Positions 10,796 to 25,129 of a stretch of 64,000 nt of DNA are shown here, in pieces; within the stretch, counting starts at the first letter, position 1; the number at the start of each line of letters is the position of its first letter. The translations under genes and the position numbers were made by a program. The notes beneath the pieces are model-generated. The model saw only the letters and a list, made by a program, of their open reading frames with translations. It made no database searches and had not been told where the DNA came from. The stretch comes from Anthoceros angustus (taxonomy: Eukaryota > Plantae > Anthocerotophyta), in the NCBI GenBank assembly GCA_010909165.1, contig VJWM01000272.1, positions 88,094-152,093 of the forward strand. Direction: 5' to 3'.

Positions 10796-11872
10796 CTTGC
10801 ACCAACCTCCTCCCCATCTACCTTCCTCCTTTACTACATTTACCATATAGAATACTTGGTTTCCCTTATTACCTCGTATGAATACATATAAATAAATACA
10901 TGTATGCATACAGCCTTCGTAGAATACTGGTATTGGTAATATGCCATATACGACAATTTCCTGTGACATACGGTTATATTTCATTTTGTATAAAACACAG
11001 TTATACGACACACTGATAACGTACGTAAATTGTACACGTCCAGGATACTATACTTTGTATTCATCATTCCTGAAAACCTGTACGGATACATACATCCCAC
11101 ATTTCACCCCAGCGGCCTATTTTTGTGTATCCGGTGTCGCGCAACCTACCTTCTCTAGCGGGCGTTACGTGCGGCTTGTCCCCATGCCCATCGGCTTCTT
11201 GCCATGGCTCGCCCACCCTTCTTATCAATTTACTACTTTGTCCTTCCGCCTAGGAGTTTGCTTTTGCGCCTGCGGGTTCTTTCGCTCCATACAGGCGCTT
11301 CTTCATTTCTAATTTCCTACTCCTCATCGTATGCATGAGAAGGAAACCTCCTACAACCCCTGCTTTTGCGATTTTCTTCCTCCCTTCCTCTTGCGTCGTC
11401 TCACACCGCCTTTCCCTTTCCATCGCATCCACCTCCCTTCCCTTCTCCCCTCCGCACGCACCCACGTACAAACATCGCAGCATGCCCTTCAAGACATGTG
11501 CATATAGTGGTGTGCACAACGACCTTCAATTGCTTACCTTCCCGCACCCCATCTTTTCTTATGTACCTCTTGCCCACATCCACACCACCACCTCCTTCCA
11601 TCCTCGCTCACTGTGGCGGCCCGTGCCCGTCACACGGCCCCGCCTCCCCTCCCCTCCCCTCCCCGCCTCTTTCGGCCTCCACCTTTTGTCACGGTGGCGT
11701 AGCCTCCAATGGGGCCCTGTGGAGGTCCATGCGCATCGGAGTGCGCTGTATGTGTCTGCACGGTTAGGCACGCCTCAATGTCGCCCCTTCCTCATACTGC
11801 GCCTTTGTTGTTTCGTTGCGCCATCAAGTACCCCTTTGCTGCCTCTTTCTCCTCCCCTCGAAAATTCCCTCA

Positions 11873-14800
11873 TGGCTGCCACTCGCCTTTTGGCCCCACC
11901 ACGACCATGGCTTCGCCATGGACCCCGCCTCCTCCATTCGCCACCGCCTCCCTCTCCCACCCCATTTGTTCACAGCGACGCTGACATGCCCCGCCTTGTC
12001 AGTGACGACACAATTGCCTCCCGCACAAATTCTCATCCGCCTCCGATTCCATCCCTCATGTCTTTCACGGCCCTCGTCACTCCCTCCCCTCGACCCCATC
12101 TCCGTCCACAATGTGCGATTACGCGTCACTGGCGATGGCACCTCCCAACACACGCCCTTTACCACCGGCTGCCCTCTTGACACACCCTCCTTCCGTGAAC
12201 CGCATGGCACTTTGATTCCAAGTCCCTCCCCTCGAAAATTCCCTCATGGCTGCCACTCGCCTTTTGGCCCCACCACGACCATGGCTTCGCCATGGACCCC
12301 GCCTCTCCCTACACATCTTCTCACACTCTCGGCATTCACACTATCACCGTGCATGGACGTTCCATCACCTTCGGGTGATCGTGGCGTCGTCGGCACCACG
12401 ATCACATTGCCCGTCATAGCCTCACTCGGACACTGTTTCCACCATCCGCACCATCCACCTTCGTGGCACCAAGCCCGCCTCCCCTCCCCTCCGCTTTCGT
12501 GTTTTGTCTCCTCCTCTCTCCCAATGCATTCTACTCCCACCGTCCTCCTACTTATCCCCCACATCCACACCACCACCTCCTGCAGGGCCCTGCCTTCCAT
12601 CCTTCGTCTAAATGCCACGGATCTGGATCCATCTCCAATTCCATGTCGTTCAACAAAATTGTCATCTCCCTTGTCCTCGGCCATAGCCTCGAACCTCCGG
12701 GTGGTTCGTTATTCCATGTCTTACCAGTATGAACTCGGGATGACCCGCCATCGCGAACCGCCCACAGAGGTTGCATGGAGATCGTCCTCTTCGCCTCCCA
12801 AATTCAGCCTCCTCTTGGGTACCTCCCATGCTTCTTCTCAAACCAAGCACCCATCCAAAGACGCCTCCCTTGCCCCAAGGGTTTGGCCCCACCCTCCGTT
12901 TTGGCCAGCCTCTCTTTGCAAGTTCATACTTGATGGCTCGAACTTCCTGCTTGCAGCTCCATCCGAGCCTGTGCAAGGGCATCTTCCCACTCCTCCTCGT
13001 CCACCATGCTCGGCTTCTTACCCGCCTCCCCTCCTCCTCTCCCTCTCCTCTAATGCGCCTTTGCGGCCTCCACACATCGAGAATTGCGCGTGCGAGTCAT
13101 TTATGAGAAGTGTCGGCTTATCTGGACTTCACCACCAGGTCGGGAAGGCTTGACACCGATTTCACTAACCGTCCCTTCTCCCCTCGGGCGTCGCGCCATC
13201 TTGCCATGTTCCCAGTTCATTCACAACCTTTGTCCTCACTAGCCAATCCAGGCCTTGCTTCGCCAGACTTCAACAACATCGGATTCCCTTCCTGTCCTTT
13301 GCTTTTGCATTGCCTCCTTCACCATTTCACGCCATTCCTTTTATCAAGGTCACAAGTGCATCGTTGTCCACCTCACACCACTCCATCGCATCCTTCTGCA
13401 CCCTCCTCTCCCTTGTCATCACACCTCCCCTTGGCGAACCGCCGCCATTCCTCATCCAGCCTCAGTCGGCGCACCGGGACCCCGCCTCCCTTGCCCCAAG
13501 GGTTTGGCCCCACCTCCTCTCCCTTGTCATCACACCACCACCTCCCGTGTTGCCATGGCTGCCACTCGCCTTTTGGCCCCACCACGACCATGGCTTCGCC
13601 ATGGACCCCGCCTCCATTCGCCACCGCCTCCCCTCCTCCTCTCCCACCCCATTTGTTCACAACGACACTGACATGCCTTGCCGGTGACGACACAATTGCC
13701 TCCGCTGGAATGAATTCTCATCCGCCTCCAATTCCATCCCTCATGTCTTTCACGGCCCTCGTCACTCCCTCGACCCCATCTCCGTCCACAATGTGCGATT
13801 ACGCTCACTAGGCGGGCACCCTCCCAACACACGCCCTTTACCAGCCTGCTGCCCTCTTGACACACCCTCCTTCCGTGAACCGCATGGCTTCTGATTCCAA
13901 GTCCTCTCGCCCACGCAGCCAGAACTTGACGTGACGGCACCCTCCCAACACACGCCCATTACCACCGGCTGCCCTCTCCCTACACATCTGCTCACACTCT
14001 CTTCATTCACACTATCACCGTGCATGGACGTTCCATCACCTTCGGGTGATCGTGGCGTCGTCGGCACCACGATCACATTGCCCGTCATAGCCTCACTCGG
14101 ACACTGTTTCCACCATCCGCACCATCCCACCTTCGTGGCGCTGCCCCGCCTCCCCTCCGTTTCTCTTCGTGTTTTGTCTCCTCCTCTCTCCCAATGCATT
14201 CTACTCCCACCGTCCTCCTACTTATCCCCCACATCCACACCACCACCTCCTGCAGGTGCACCCCATCTTCCATCCTTCGTCTAAATGCCACGATCTGGAT
14301 CCATCTCCAATTCCATGTCGTTCAACAAAATTGTCATCTCCCTTGTCCTCGGCCATAGCCTCGAACCTCGGGTGGTTCGTTATTCCATGTCTTACCAGTA
14401 TGAACTCGGGAGACCCGCCATCCGCGAACCGCCCACAGAGGTTGCATGGAGATCGTCCTCTTGATCTCCCAAATTCAGCCTCCTCTTGATTTGGGTACCT
14501 CCCATGCTTCTTCTCAAACCAAGCACCCATCCAGACGCCCTCCCTTGCCCCAAGGGTTTGGCCCCACCCTCCGCTTTTGGCCCCACCCTCCGTTTCTCTT
14601 TGTCGTAAGTTCATACTTGATGGCTCGAACTTCCTGCTTGCAGCTCCATCCGAGCCTGTGCAAGGGCATCTTCCCACTCCTCCTCGTCCACCATGCTCGG
14701 CTTCTTACCCGCTCCTCCCCTCCCCGCTCCCTCTCCTCTAATGCACCGCCTCCACACATCGAGAATTGCGCGTGCGAGTCATTGAGAAGTGTCGGCTTAT

Positions 14801-15245
14801 CTGGACTTCACCACCAGGTCGGGAAGGCTTGACACCGATTTCACTAACCGTCCCTTCTCCCCTAACGCCGCGCCATCTTGCCATGTTCCCAGTTCATTCA
14901 CAACCTTTGTCCTCACCGGTCATTTTCGTGCCTTGCTTGCTCAGACCCCGAACAACATCGGATTCCCTTCCTTCCTGTCCTTTGCTTTTGCATTGCCTCC
15001 GCCATTTCACGCCATTCCTTTTATCAAGGTCACAAGTGCATCGTTGTCCACCTCACACCACTCCATCGATCCGCCCCTGCACCCTCCTCTCCCTTGTCAT
15101 CACACCTCCCCTTGGCGAACCGCCATTCCTCATCCAGCTTCAGGCGTTGTTTGGCGCACCGGGACCCCGCCCACGCGGTTGCCCCGACCGCCCTCGGTTT
15201 CGTTTGCCTTCGTCCCAACCACCTCCCGTGTTGCCATGGGCTGCC
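11873..15245. repeat. Tandem duplication of a ~1.69 kb unit inside the CACTA element
   Basis: 11873-13560 is repeated at 13560-15245, with junction microhomology CATGG(G)CTGCC. The inverted arm has a single copy (~43850-45500). Confidence 0.8.
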
Positions 15246-15967
15246 TCCACATGTCCTGCTGCATGAACAGCTGCCAGCATGCCAAGCAAGGTGCACCGCA
15301 ACGTCCGCAAAGCGAACTGCATCAACGTGTGTACAAATTCGGAACAAGACGTTCTTGTCAATCCAGTCTCGAAACACCCACCTCATCTGACAGCAAAGCA
15401 TCGTCACCCACTGCGTTCAATTCGCGAACGCAATGCTCCAAGTCCGCCTCGGGCTGGGATATTCCACGCCTCCATGTCCTCAACCGCCATTGGTTGGGCC
15501 GCCATGTTCCCTTGTCCTCACAACTCTCGTGTGTCTATGTAGGATGCGGTGGCTGGGGTGGATGAGCGAGGTAGCTCGGATCGAGGTGTTAGGTGGTGGG
15601 GTGGATGAGCGAGGTAGCTCGAGACGAGCTTGCCCTCTCATCCTCCCCACCCACCTACGGATAGGCGTCGGCGGCGGCGTCGGCGGTGGTGCTCTAGCGG
15701 GGTATCGATGTCCGCAAACTCGGCTTCCACGCCTTCCTTCCCGCCATTGCCCGTTCGGGGACGCCACCGCCATCTTGAAGGCATTGGCTTGCCCTTCCGA
15801 TAGTTGCCAAGCCAAGGGTCGCCATCGCCAAAATTCAAAGCTCTTCATATGGAAAGCCTTTGTTTGCAAACTCGTCGGCGGCGGCGTCGCGCCATCTTGC
15901 CATGTTCCCAGTTCATTCACAACCTTTGTCCTCACTGCCCTTCTCCTTCGCCATAATGACTAGTGTT

Positions 15968-18900
15968 TTATATTACGACAACTTGTAGTCCCTTGCCCAC
16001 AATTGAGTGCGATCTAGACGTGCCATCATTGCATATTGCCGATAATCGTGTCCTCATGTGAACACCGCCATCAAGACCACGGTATTTACGTGTCACGTTG
16101 GTTACGTTGTCTTCCATTGGAGCCACATTACGCTCATCAAGAGTCCGGAGGTTACGCCCCATCTTCGTGTCACGCTCTGCCTTCCAATGGAGCCACATTA
16201 CATTACGCTCGCTGGTCCGGAGGTTCGCCCCATCCTCGACGTCCATAGGCCACATGCCATGCGCTATATGGCTCCGCCCACTCGCCTCCGTGTCCCTCCA
16301 TCCCTCGCCGGTGGGTACCAGCGATGGCCCAAATGTTGTCATCCCCGTCTCCGGATGCAGATGCATCGGCCACCTGGCGGCCACAAACGGACCATCTATT
16401 GAGCGCACTGACACACAAACTTTCTCCGTATTTACAATGTCAAATCCGTGTACGACTGTGATCGATGGCCTTGTCCCTCCCGGCCGACACTCGTACCATC
16501 TAACCTTCAACAAAATTGGCTTAAAATCATGCGAACCGCAGCGGAGTATTTGTTCTATGTGCCCGAGAACGGCGCTCCTCTTCAATGTCGCCGCCGCCCC
16601 CATGAGAAACTTCACCACCGCCTTGTACTCCGCGACGCTTTGTCCGCCTCCATCGCTCGAGGTGGCGCCTTTGTTCCACATGTGGCTATATGCCACCGCT
16701 GCAACGCAGCCCATCCATGATTGCGGTCACTTGGGTCATGCAAGGATGCCCATCCCATGCTCGAGCCCTTCTTCCATATATCCGTCACGAAAGTCCGCCG
16801 ACCATCCTGCACCGTTTGTCCTAACTTCTTCCTCGTACATGTCCAAGAACGCAGACCTCGTGATACAACACATATGTATGCTGGCGTGCCTCCACGGCAT
16901 CCATAATGTACGACGGCCGACACCCAAAGCACCTTCTCCCCATACGCTCATCTCCCATGCTTCTCCCACGTGAGCGTAATAAGCGGAGAAATGTCATGCC
17001 GAAATGCAAACTCTCCTCACGCATGTACCCCACCGCTATCTGGACTCGGGTCTCGGCTACCGTCGCACCGTCCGCTTCTCGGATCCTAAATACCTCTCCA
17101 CCGGGTACATCCACCTAGTGTGAATCGGGCCCAAAGCGCCACCTCATCCACTAAGTGTAATATGAGGTGGGTTGATATATCAAACATCTTGGGAAATTGC
17201 TTCTCGAGAGCACATTACCCTCATCGCCTTCACACAGGTTTGGATGTCCCGACTCGGTATCGTCCGGCAAATCCACCGAAGGCGTCCTAGCTTTACAACC
17301 GCCTTGTACACCGCTCTATGCACCCCGAGGACGATGGGGAATATGATTTCCAACATAATGTTACCATGGCATTTCAGTCGCCAACTTTCCCGCTTTCCAC
17401 CTTAGCGCTATGTTGGACCCATAGCCTGTGCTTGATGCGCTTAATGCCCTCAATCACGGTCTTCAAGTCCGACGGACAAAACGACGGCGCGGTATTGGCC
17501 ATCGTCACCTGTGCCACAACCATCTTTTCCCCGCTTGCTTCCATGTCCATGCGCGCAATGTCATCTCGCTCTCCGTCGGCGTGTGCCATATGGCCTCGCA
17601 TTGTTTTTTCCACGCAGTATCACATCCTTTGGCGCCCACACAAGCATGTGACGCCATGGCAGACTCAACAAGGACGACATTCTCCGGTTCCAAAGTTGCC
17701 TACCGACGGACGTCTAGTGTCGCAGCTTCTCTGCGTGCCATATCCGTCACAATATCATCGAACGTTGGCGGCCTTGGTTTGGGTCGGAGGTCCGCCAGTC
17801 CATCAAACCAATCTGCATCCTCCCACCGTCCACTGTCATTAGCTGGTAGCCACCGACGCGATCCGACATAAACGGGCTTTTTCAAATCTCTGGAATAGCG
17901 AGAATCAAGGTCCAGCCAGCAATCGACACACGCTCGCTTCCCTCTCACTTGCAATCCGGTGAGGGTACCCAACCCCGGGTAATCGGCAATGATGTGCGAA
18001 TCACAGAATTTGAAATGCCTCTTAGGATGGTTTTCAGATTGAGAAATCTTCCATGTCCACCCCTCCATAACTCTTCGAGTTCATCTACCGTGCCATGTAC
18101 ACATCGAAATTTTAACCATCCCCGCCCCGCACAATCGAGGCATGATGACATGCGTCCTTTGTCTGGCCCAAGGTGGCATGTTGTGCACAAATACCAAAAC
18201 CGCCATATGGACGTGTTTGACTGCGGCCAAACGGGTTGAACCGTCGTGGATAATGCTAACCTCAAGTTCCTCGCTCATCGCCGAAACCATCAATGCATCT
18301 AGTGCCTCCACGGCATCCATAATGTACGACGGCCGACACCCAAAGCACCTTCTCCCCATACGCTCATCTGCGTCCATGCTTCTCCCACGTGAGCGTAATA
18401 AGCGGAGAAATGTCATGCCGAAATGCAAACTCTCCTCACGCATGTACCCCACCGCTATATCGACTCGGGTCTCGGCTACCGTCGACCGTCCGCTTCTCGG
18501 ATCCTAAATACCTCTCCACCGGGTACATCCACCTAGTGAACTGGCCCAAAGCGCCACCTCATCCACTAAGTGTAATATGAGGTGGGTTGATATATCAAAC
18601 ATCTTGGGAAATTGCTTCTCGAGAGCACATTACCCTCATCGCCTCTGCTGCTTGGATGTCCCGACTCGGTATCGTCCGGCAAATCCACCGAAGGCGTCCT
18701 AGCTTTACAACCGCCTTGTACACCTCTCCTCTCTATGCACCCGGAGGATGGGGAATATGATTTCCAACATAATCCATGGCATTTCAGTCGCCAACTTTCC
18801 CGCTTTCCACCTTAGCTATGTTGGACCCATAGCCTGCTTGATGCGCTTAATGCCCTCAATCACGGTCTTCAAGTCCGATTTGGACAAAACGACGGCGCTG

Positions 18901-20430
18901 CGGTATTGGCCATCGTCACCTGTGCCACAACCATCTTTTCCCCGCTTGCTACCATGTCCATGCGCAAGCAATGTCATCTCGCTCTCCGTCGGCCATATGG
19001 CCTCTGCATTGTTTTTCCACGTGCATCACATCCTTTGGCGCCCACACAAGCATGTGACGCCAAGATGGCGTGACTAACAAGGACGACATTCTCCGGTTCC
19101 AAAGTTGCCGACGGACGTCTGCGGTGTCGCAGCTCGCCATATCCGTCACAATATCATCGAACGTTGGCGGCTTTGGTTTGGTGAGGTCCGCCACCCATCA
19201 AACCAATCGCATCCTCCCACCGCCCACCATCCATTAGGTAGCCACCGACGCGATCCGACATAAACGGGCTTTTCAAATCGAATAGCGAGAATCAAGGTCC
19301 GCCAAGAATCGACACACGCCGCTTCCTCTCACTTGCAATCCGTGAGGGTACCCAACCCGGGTAATCGGCAATGAATCACACAGAATTTGAAATGCCTCTT
19401 AGGATGGTTTACCGATTGAGAAATCTTCCATGTCCACCCCTCCATAACTCTTCGAGTTCATCTACCGGTGCCATGTACACATCGAAATTTTAACCATCCC
19501 CCGCACAATCGAGGCATGATGACATGCGCCCTTCTGGCCCAAGGTGGCATGTTGAAATACCAAAACCGCCATATGGACGTGTTTGACTGCGGCCAAACGG
19601 GTTGAACCGTCTGTGGATAATGCTAACCTCAAGTTCCTCCATCGCCGAAACCATCAATCGCATCTAGTGCTCTCCATGCCGGGTATCCGCCATCATGGAC
19701 ATGTCCCCATTCTCGCTTTGCCTCCCGACATACCAAGTCATCAATCGTGCTATTTCCGCCATTCAAACATGCGTTCCGGTTTCAAGGGAAAATGCCGAGG
19801 ACCTTCCGAGGACTCGACCTGCTTCATCAAACCCATCCTCGAACCGCGGCCCCACACTTTGGGCAATGGTTGCGCCCCGTACTCGTAATGTAACGCAGTT
19901 TTCTCACAAGCATGGATTTTCTCATATCCGGGGCCAAATAGGTGCAACAGTTGACTTGGCCTCGCATATGTCCTTCTCGCTCCTCGAACCGCAAAAATCC
20001 ACACTTAAGATCTTTAAGAGGGTCAATCGCGACCACCGATGTCAAACATGGTTTGCCAAGACAACAACAACAGGTGGCGCTTAGCCGCTCTTCGCCACCG
20101 CCTGCTCACCGGTATAAAGGCGTCTCGCCGCCAGCCCGACAAGCTGGTTTTCGGCGGTTCCCTCCGTGCCAAGTGCATGATCAGTTGCTTCCAGCAAGTC
20201 GTCCACAGAGTGCATATGAGGTACATCTTCACGTCCCGTTCCCTCGTCCATGCTCTCCACATCGGAGCTGCCACTTTGGTCGCCCCCATTGCCTTCGCTG
20301 TCTCGCATTTCATACTCCTCGGAGCCCGTTTCCGTATCCGTCTGCGGTGGAGAGACGCCTTCAAGGCCTCCGCCACCGTCAGTGTCCAAACTTGGCTCCA
20401 CGGTCTGCCAGATAAACCTCAGTAATGCAA
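15968..20430 (-). pseudogene. CACTA TnpD/Tnp2-like transposase (Transposase_21 + DUF4218 + DUF4216-like regions), frameshifted, with an internal 1.4 kb duplication
   Basis: Minus-strand motifs: HACE..C......CPKC (~19880), IIADYPGLGTLTGLQVRGKRACVDC...KKPVYVGSRRWLP (17700-18068), DVMHVEK, HDxIMLEIIFP, MFDISTHLILHL...HTRWMYPVER, GYMREESLHF, and PILLKVRWY..GFDIVNT (15968-16714). Confidence 0.9.
16887..19672. repeat. Tandem duplication of a ~1.4 kb unit within the TnpD gene
   Basis: 16887-18303 is repeated at 18303-19672, with junction microhomology GTGC(C/T)..TCCA. Single copy in the inverted arm (41040-42365). Confidence 0.85.
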
Positions 20431-23400
20431 ATTAGAGAGAGCAATGGTGGTGCACGCAACAGCCACGCCGGAGCCCGTGAGGCACCCGCAAACAAGTTTT
20501 GAGATGTGCGCCGAATCACGAGGTCGCCACACACTGACGGCATGGACAAAACATGTAAACCTCATTTGCAAATCGGGCATCTTGCACGTGGTCCCGACCC
20601 GGTGTCGACCACAAGCGAATCAGCGGCACCAAGACAGTAACCTATGAATGCCGCAGACTCCCACGCGAATTCATGTCCAATTCACAACGACCCATCAGAC
20701 ACGCCAGGTGCAGGCATCACGCCGCAGCGCAGACGCCACCTCCAAATCGAGAACCGCCCTTCAACATTAGAGCACCTCGACGACGATCGACGCACTCGAC
20801 GATGAGCCGTCCGTCGATGGCACGGGAGTGGGGTGTTGCCAGATTCACGCCATGTTCATCCCATATCCTGAGCGAGCGACGATGGGATGAATCATTGCAT
20901 TGGCGGGATGTCCCGGCTCAATAAACACTCCCGACATTGAGCGCACTCCGCCGCAGCGGTGAGGTGACGGCTATTGAAAGGGAGGAGATGAGCAAAGCGC
21001 GGTGGCGCAGCGGTCGGCTCTTGTCTACATGAGTGAGTCATTGCACTTGCAAACATGTGTTCTGGCTAAAAGATGCCCCACCTCCTTCACAATTTTACAT
21101 TCAAACCCGACGGGAAGCGGTTGCATTGAAAGGAAGCGGAAGATGCTCAGCACGAGGCGCGCCCATCCTTGCTGCAGGCCACCTCCTTGATTTGCACTTC
21201 GTCCATAGCGAGGGATAGTGTTGAGCTCATGCTCTCAAAGTCTCTATACAACTCCCATGTTGCGTGCGCCATTGCAGTGAAAGGGCAGCACCCAATACGA
21301 CAGGTGTTCCATGCCGCCTCTTCGCCGCCCCAAGTCCATTCTTGAGGTGTGTAGCTTCAGTGGCCGGCCGATGTGAAGCCCCACAACGGCAGCTTCTATC
21401 CAAACAATCGACTCAAGTTCGCAGAAATCCTCCTCGGATCGTGGCCTGCAAAAGTGTAGCTCCGTATGCGACTTGCCTCTTCCTCCCATTGGGAAATTGC
21501 CGGTTCGCGCGTGACGACGCCGTCCCAAAGCTGGAATCCTCCCGCCTTCCCTTCCTCTTCAGACAAGATGGTCCGGCGGGGAGTGTTGTGCAAATGCCTT
21601 CCCTTCCTCTCAACCTCCCTTTCGCCTTCAACTTTCGAGGCTTGCGAAAGTCCCCGCCTTCGTTCCACCTCGATCCATCACGGTTTGGAGGCGACACTTG
21701 TATAGTTTACCGCAGGCCACTATCCGGAGGAGGGCAACGCGATGGCAAAGGATCCCAAAGTTTGTGAATCCATATGGCATCCATCGCACACGGTCACGAT
21801 TGACACGCCAAACATAAGTGACGTGGCGTGACATGTCATGTCCGCTCCACGGTATGGATGGGCACCAACCCCTATCCATCCATTCCGCGAAGTGGACATG
21901 ACAGTCATCGACTTTTATTGCGGTGTTGATGAGTAGTACACGTGGTACAAATGGAGGAATCACATTTCCCAACGCCGCCTTTAAGAATGGTGAAGTATAC
22001 CCGAATGTGAGGTATAACTGCCCCGAACACGACGACCGCCATGCCCAAGAGACGCAAAGCTGGGGCCGACGGCCAAGCCTCGCTTCGTGGCCGTGAGAGC
22101 AACCTCCGCCCATCGCCGATGGCCATCGCTGAATGTGAACCGCAGCCTCTTCCTCGATGGCCATCGGGGCTATCACGCCGTGACGCAAAGAATATCCACA
22201 TTAATCCGCAATGTTGCAAGCAACATCGAAGGTGAGGAAATGAACGCTTGTAAACATATAAAGAGAAATCCAAACATCCACGAGGTTCAAAGAAATGATC
22301 GCCCACGGTCACGGCTTGTGAAACGAGGTGTGACAACGCGATTTGTGCCCGACACCTTCCATGCCACATGAGGTTGGATACCATCGCCACTCCGTGACCA
22401 TTGTGACTTCCACATTGCCACCCCAATGGCGGATTCCATTTGCATGCACACGAAGACACGCCCACTAAGATGGGCGAGTCAACGCCTCCAGCGCGCTGGG
22501 GTCCTTGATGGCCATCGAGGGGCGGTGCACCGGGAGATGGAGAGAACAACAAACCAATGGTGGTTCTTTGCCCACCGCACCGAGGGCGCCCAACGTGGTT
22601 GGTTTCCTACACATGCCCATGGCAATTGCGCATGAAGAGAGGAGGAGAGGGCAAGGGTTGGGAGTTGTGCAGCCTCCTCGACTATTCCACAAGGCGACCG
22701 TGATCCGCTGAGGAGCAACAGATCGCCACAACCATGAAGCGGAGGCCTGTGCAAGGTCATTTAAACCGTGCATGCAGATGAGGGCGCCGTCGCAACCAAT
22801 GTGCGTCATGGCGAATGGAGGAAGCAGTCGAGGAATCTTTCATGTCGACTGCTCAGAAGGAAAACGCAGTACGGCGTGCTTTCCGGCTATCGATTTCCAT
22901 GAATGACCACTATTGCAAGTTGCAATGAGGATGGCGGTCGGTTAGTGCGTACAGAGTGGCGCGGATTCCAATGCCGTTTCAGGATATGAAAAAAAGGCCA
23001 CAAACGTCCGCCTTCCTGACGGAGGGTTGTCGCCATTGCGCTTTTTCACAATTTCAGCCATGTGTCATCCTCCCGCCATGTCTCCTAGTTGATGGTCGGC
23101 GAATACCGGCCCGCGACAGACATTATGCTCCGCCGACACGCAGGATGGCGCAGATCTTATTGCGTGATCTACTACCGGTTCACCGATCTCGCTGGTCAAA
23201 GAGGCGAGCTCGACAAGTGCCATGCCCGTGTGCGAAATGATGATCACGGTCTTCCTTACATCACGGGACATGGCACGCCAAATGCTACCGTCACCATCAC
23301 TTATTGGCAATGGCGCATTGTGGACATTAGCGGTATCTTCACTTTGATGAAGGCAACCAAGTCAAGTGGGTTTCAAGTAGGATACATCATAGGGTTCGAC

Positions 23401-23599
23401 CTACCACTTGTCCTTTTGTCATGGCATAATGTATGCGGGCCATGTACTTGCAAGGATCATAATAGACGAATGGGCGTTTATTGCCATTGTGGTTATAATG
23501 TCCGCCCGCAAGGAAAGGCGGAAAGAATGTAGGTGGCTGGATGATCTCCGCCCACTTTCCTCCACCCGTCACCACAAGGTGAAAACGGGAGGAATAACT

Positions 23600-24245
23600 A
23601 CTTGGACCATGGTCATTCGATTGCATTGCGAACAATGGTCCTTGGTATTCCACATGCCATATATGTCCATCCTGGACCATGGTCATCACACGCGAACAAT
23701 GGTCCTTGGGTATCTCGCACCACATATGCATTAACCATCCTTGGACCATGGTCATTGCGAACAATGGTCCTCGTGAAAGATGCTCAACATCGCAACACAT
23801 ATGCATTAACTTGACCATGCTCGCATGGTCCTTGGTCAAAAGTATTCAACACGCTCGACACATATGCATTAACCATCCTTGGACCATGGTCATTCGATTG
23901 CATTAACAATGGTCCTTGATCTCGAAAAGTAGTCAACGCTGCTCCACCATATGCATTAACCATCCTTGACCATGGTCATTCCGATTGCATTAACAATGGT
24001 CCTTGGATCTCGAATAAGTAGTCAACACTTTCCACCACATGCGAACTATTGACCATAAACTCACAAACCAACAACATCCATGGCCCATGGGCATCCGCTG
24101 AACAATCCCTGTCACGAATTATGTCAGATATATGCATATGACATGGTCATTCGATTGCATTGCAACAATGGTCCTTGGATCTCGAATAAGTAGTCAACAC
24201 TTTCCACCACATATGCAAGAACATCCTTGGACCATGGTCTTTTCA
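23600..24245. repeat. Internal minisatellite, ~70-90 bp unit, ~8 copies
   Basis: Recurring AACCATCCTTGGACCATGGTCATTCGATTGCATT(GCG)AACAATGGTCCTTGG. Confidence 0.9.
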
Positions 24246-25129
24246 ACTCACAAACCAACAACATCCATGGCCCATGGGCATCCGCTAAGTTGCCAAATTC
24301 GTCCTTGGGTCACGAATTATCGTACAAATCGCTATATATGTGAAGCATGGGGACATGCCAACTTGAACAAAAAGACGAGGTGTGTGCTAAGAGACAGATG
24401 GTTAGGTGCGAGCCATGACGGCCGACACACCGCATAACACCATTCACCCATGGGCATCCGAAGCATGCGCCAAATTGGCCCTTCCACGAAGGCTCAACTG
24501 GCTATATGTGAAGCACGGGACATGGCGCATGGAATGTAGGTGACGGGTGACGGAAGGACTGCCATGGAGCTGTCGATTATGGCTCGCACACTTGACATCA
24601 AGGTAAAACCACCGCCCGGACGTGATGTTCGTCCTGTGGCATTGCATGTTGAACGCGGGCCATGACGGCATGAATGACCATACAACATCCTTGGCACATG
24701 GGCATCCGAGCATTGTTACCAATTTCGTCCTTGGGTCACGGCATTGTACACTGCTTGCCATATATGTGAAGCATGGGGACATGGGAGCTTGCTCAAAGAG
24801 GTGACGGTGTCCGACGCCAAAGACGGCATGGGGCATGCCATAAGCGGACACATGGGGGAGAACATGGAGGTGCGTCTTGAAACATGGCATGTCGGCAAGG
24901 AGCCGTGGCATGTCCTTTCGCTTACGCCCTCCCTCCTCCACCACAAGGTTACCACCTTCGGAAAACCCATATCGCTACCGCAGCTTGCACTCCGCTTGTC
25001 GCGTTAGGTCCGCTCCAGCGCCGCAGCTTGGCGTGGTTCCGCTATGGTTTGGGACGTGGACTTCAAGATTTGGCCGAGGTCGTTAAGCTTACAACCCGCT
25101 ACCATAACCCGTGACTTGATGATGCGCAG

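Noticed and set aside
11335-15565. Long ORFs such as 11816-13153 (445 aa) and 11335-12180 on the plus strand
   Set aside because: Pro/Ser/His-rich translations expected from C-rich, stop-poor DNA. Frames are not preserved between the duplicate copies.
15885-15940. Short insertion identical to 13190-13240
   Set aside because: Absent from the inverted arm and bounded by similar GC words. More likely a consensus misalignment than a functional element.
23600-24245. CRISPR-like array (palindromic repeats with variable intervals)
   Set aside because: The inter-repeat sequences are degenerate copies of each other rather than unique spacers. There are no cas genes and the context is eukaryotic. It is a minisatellite.
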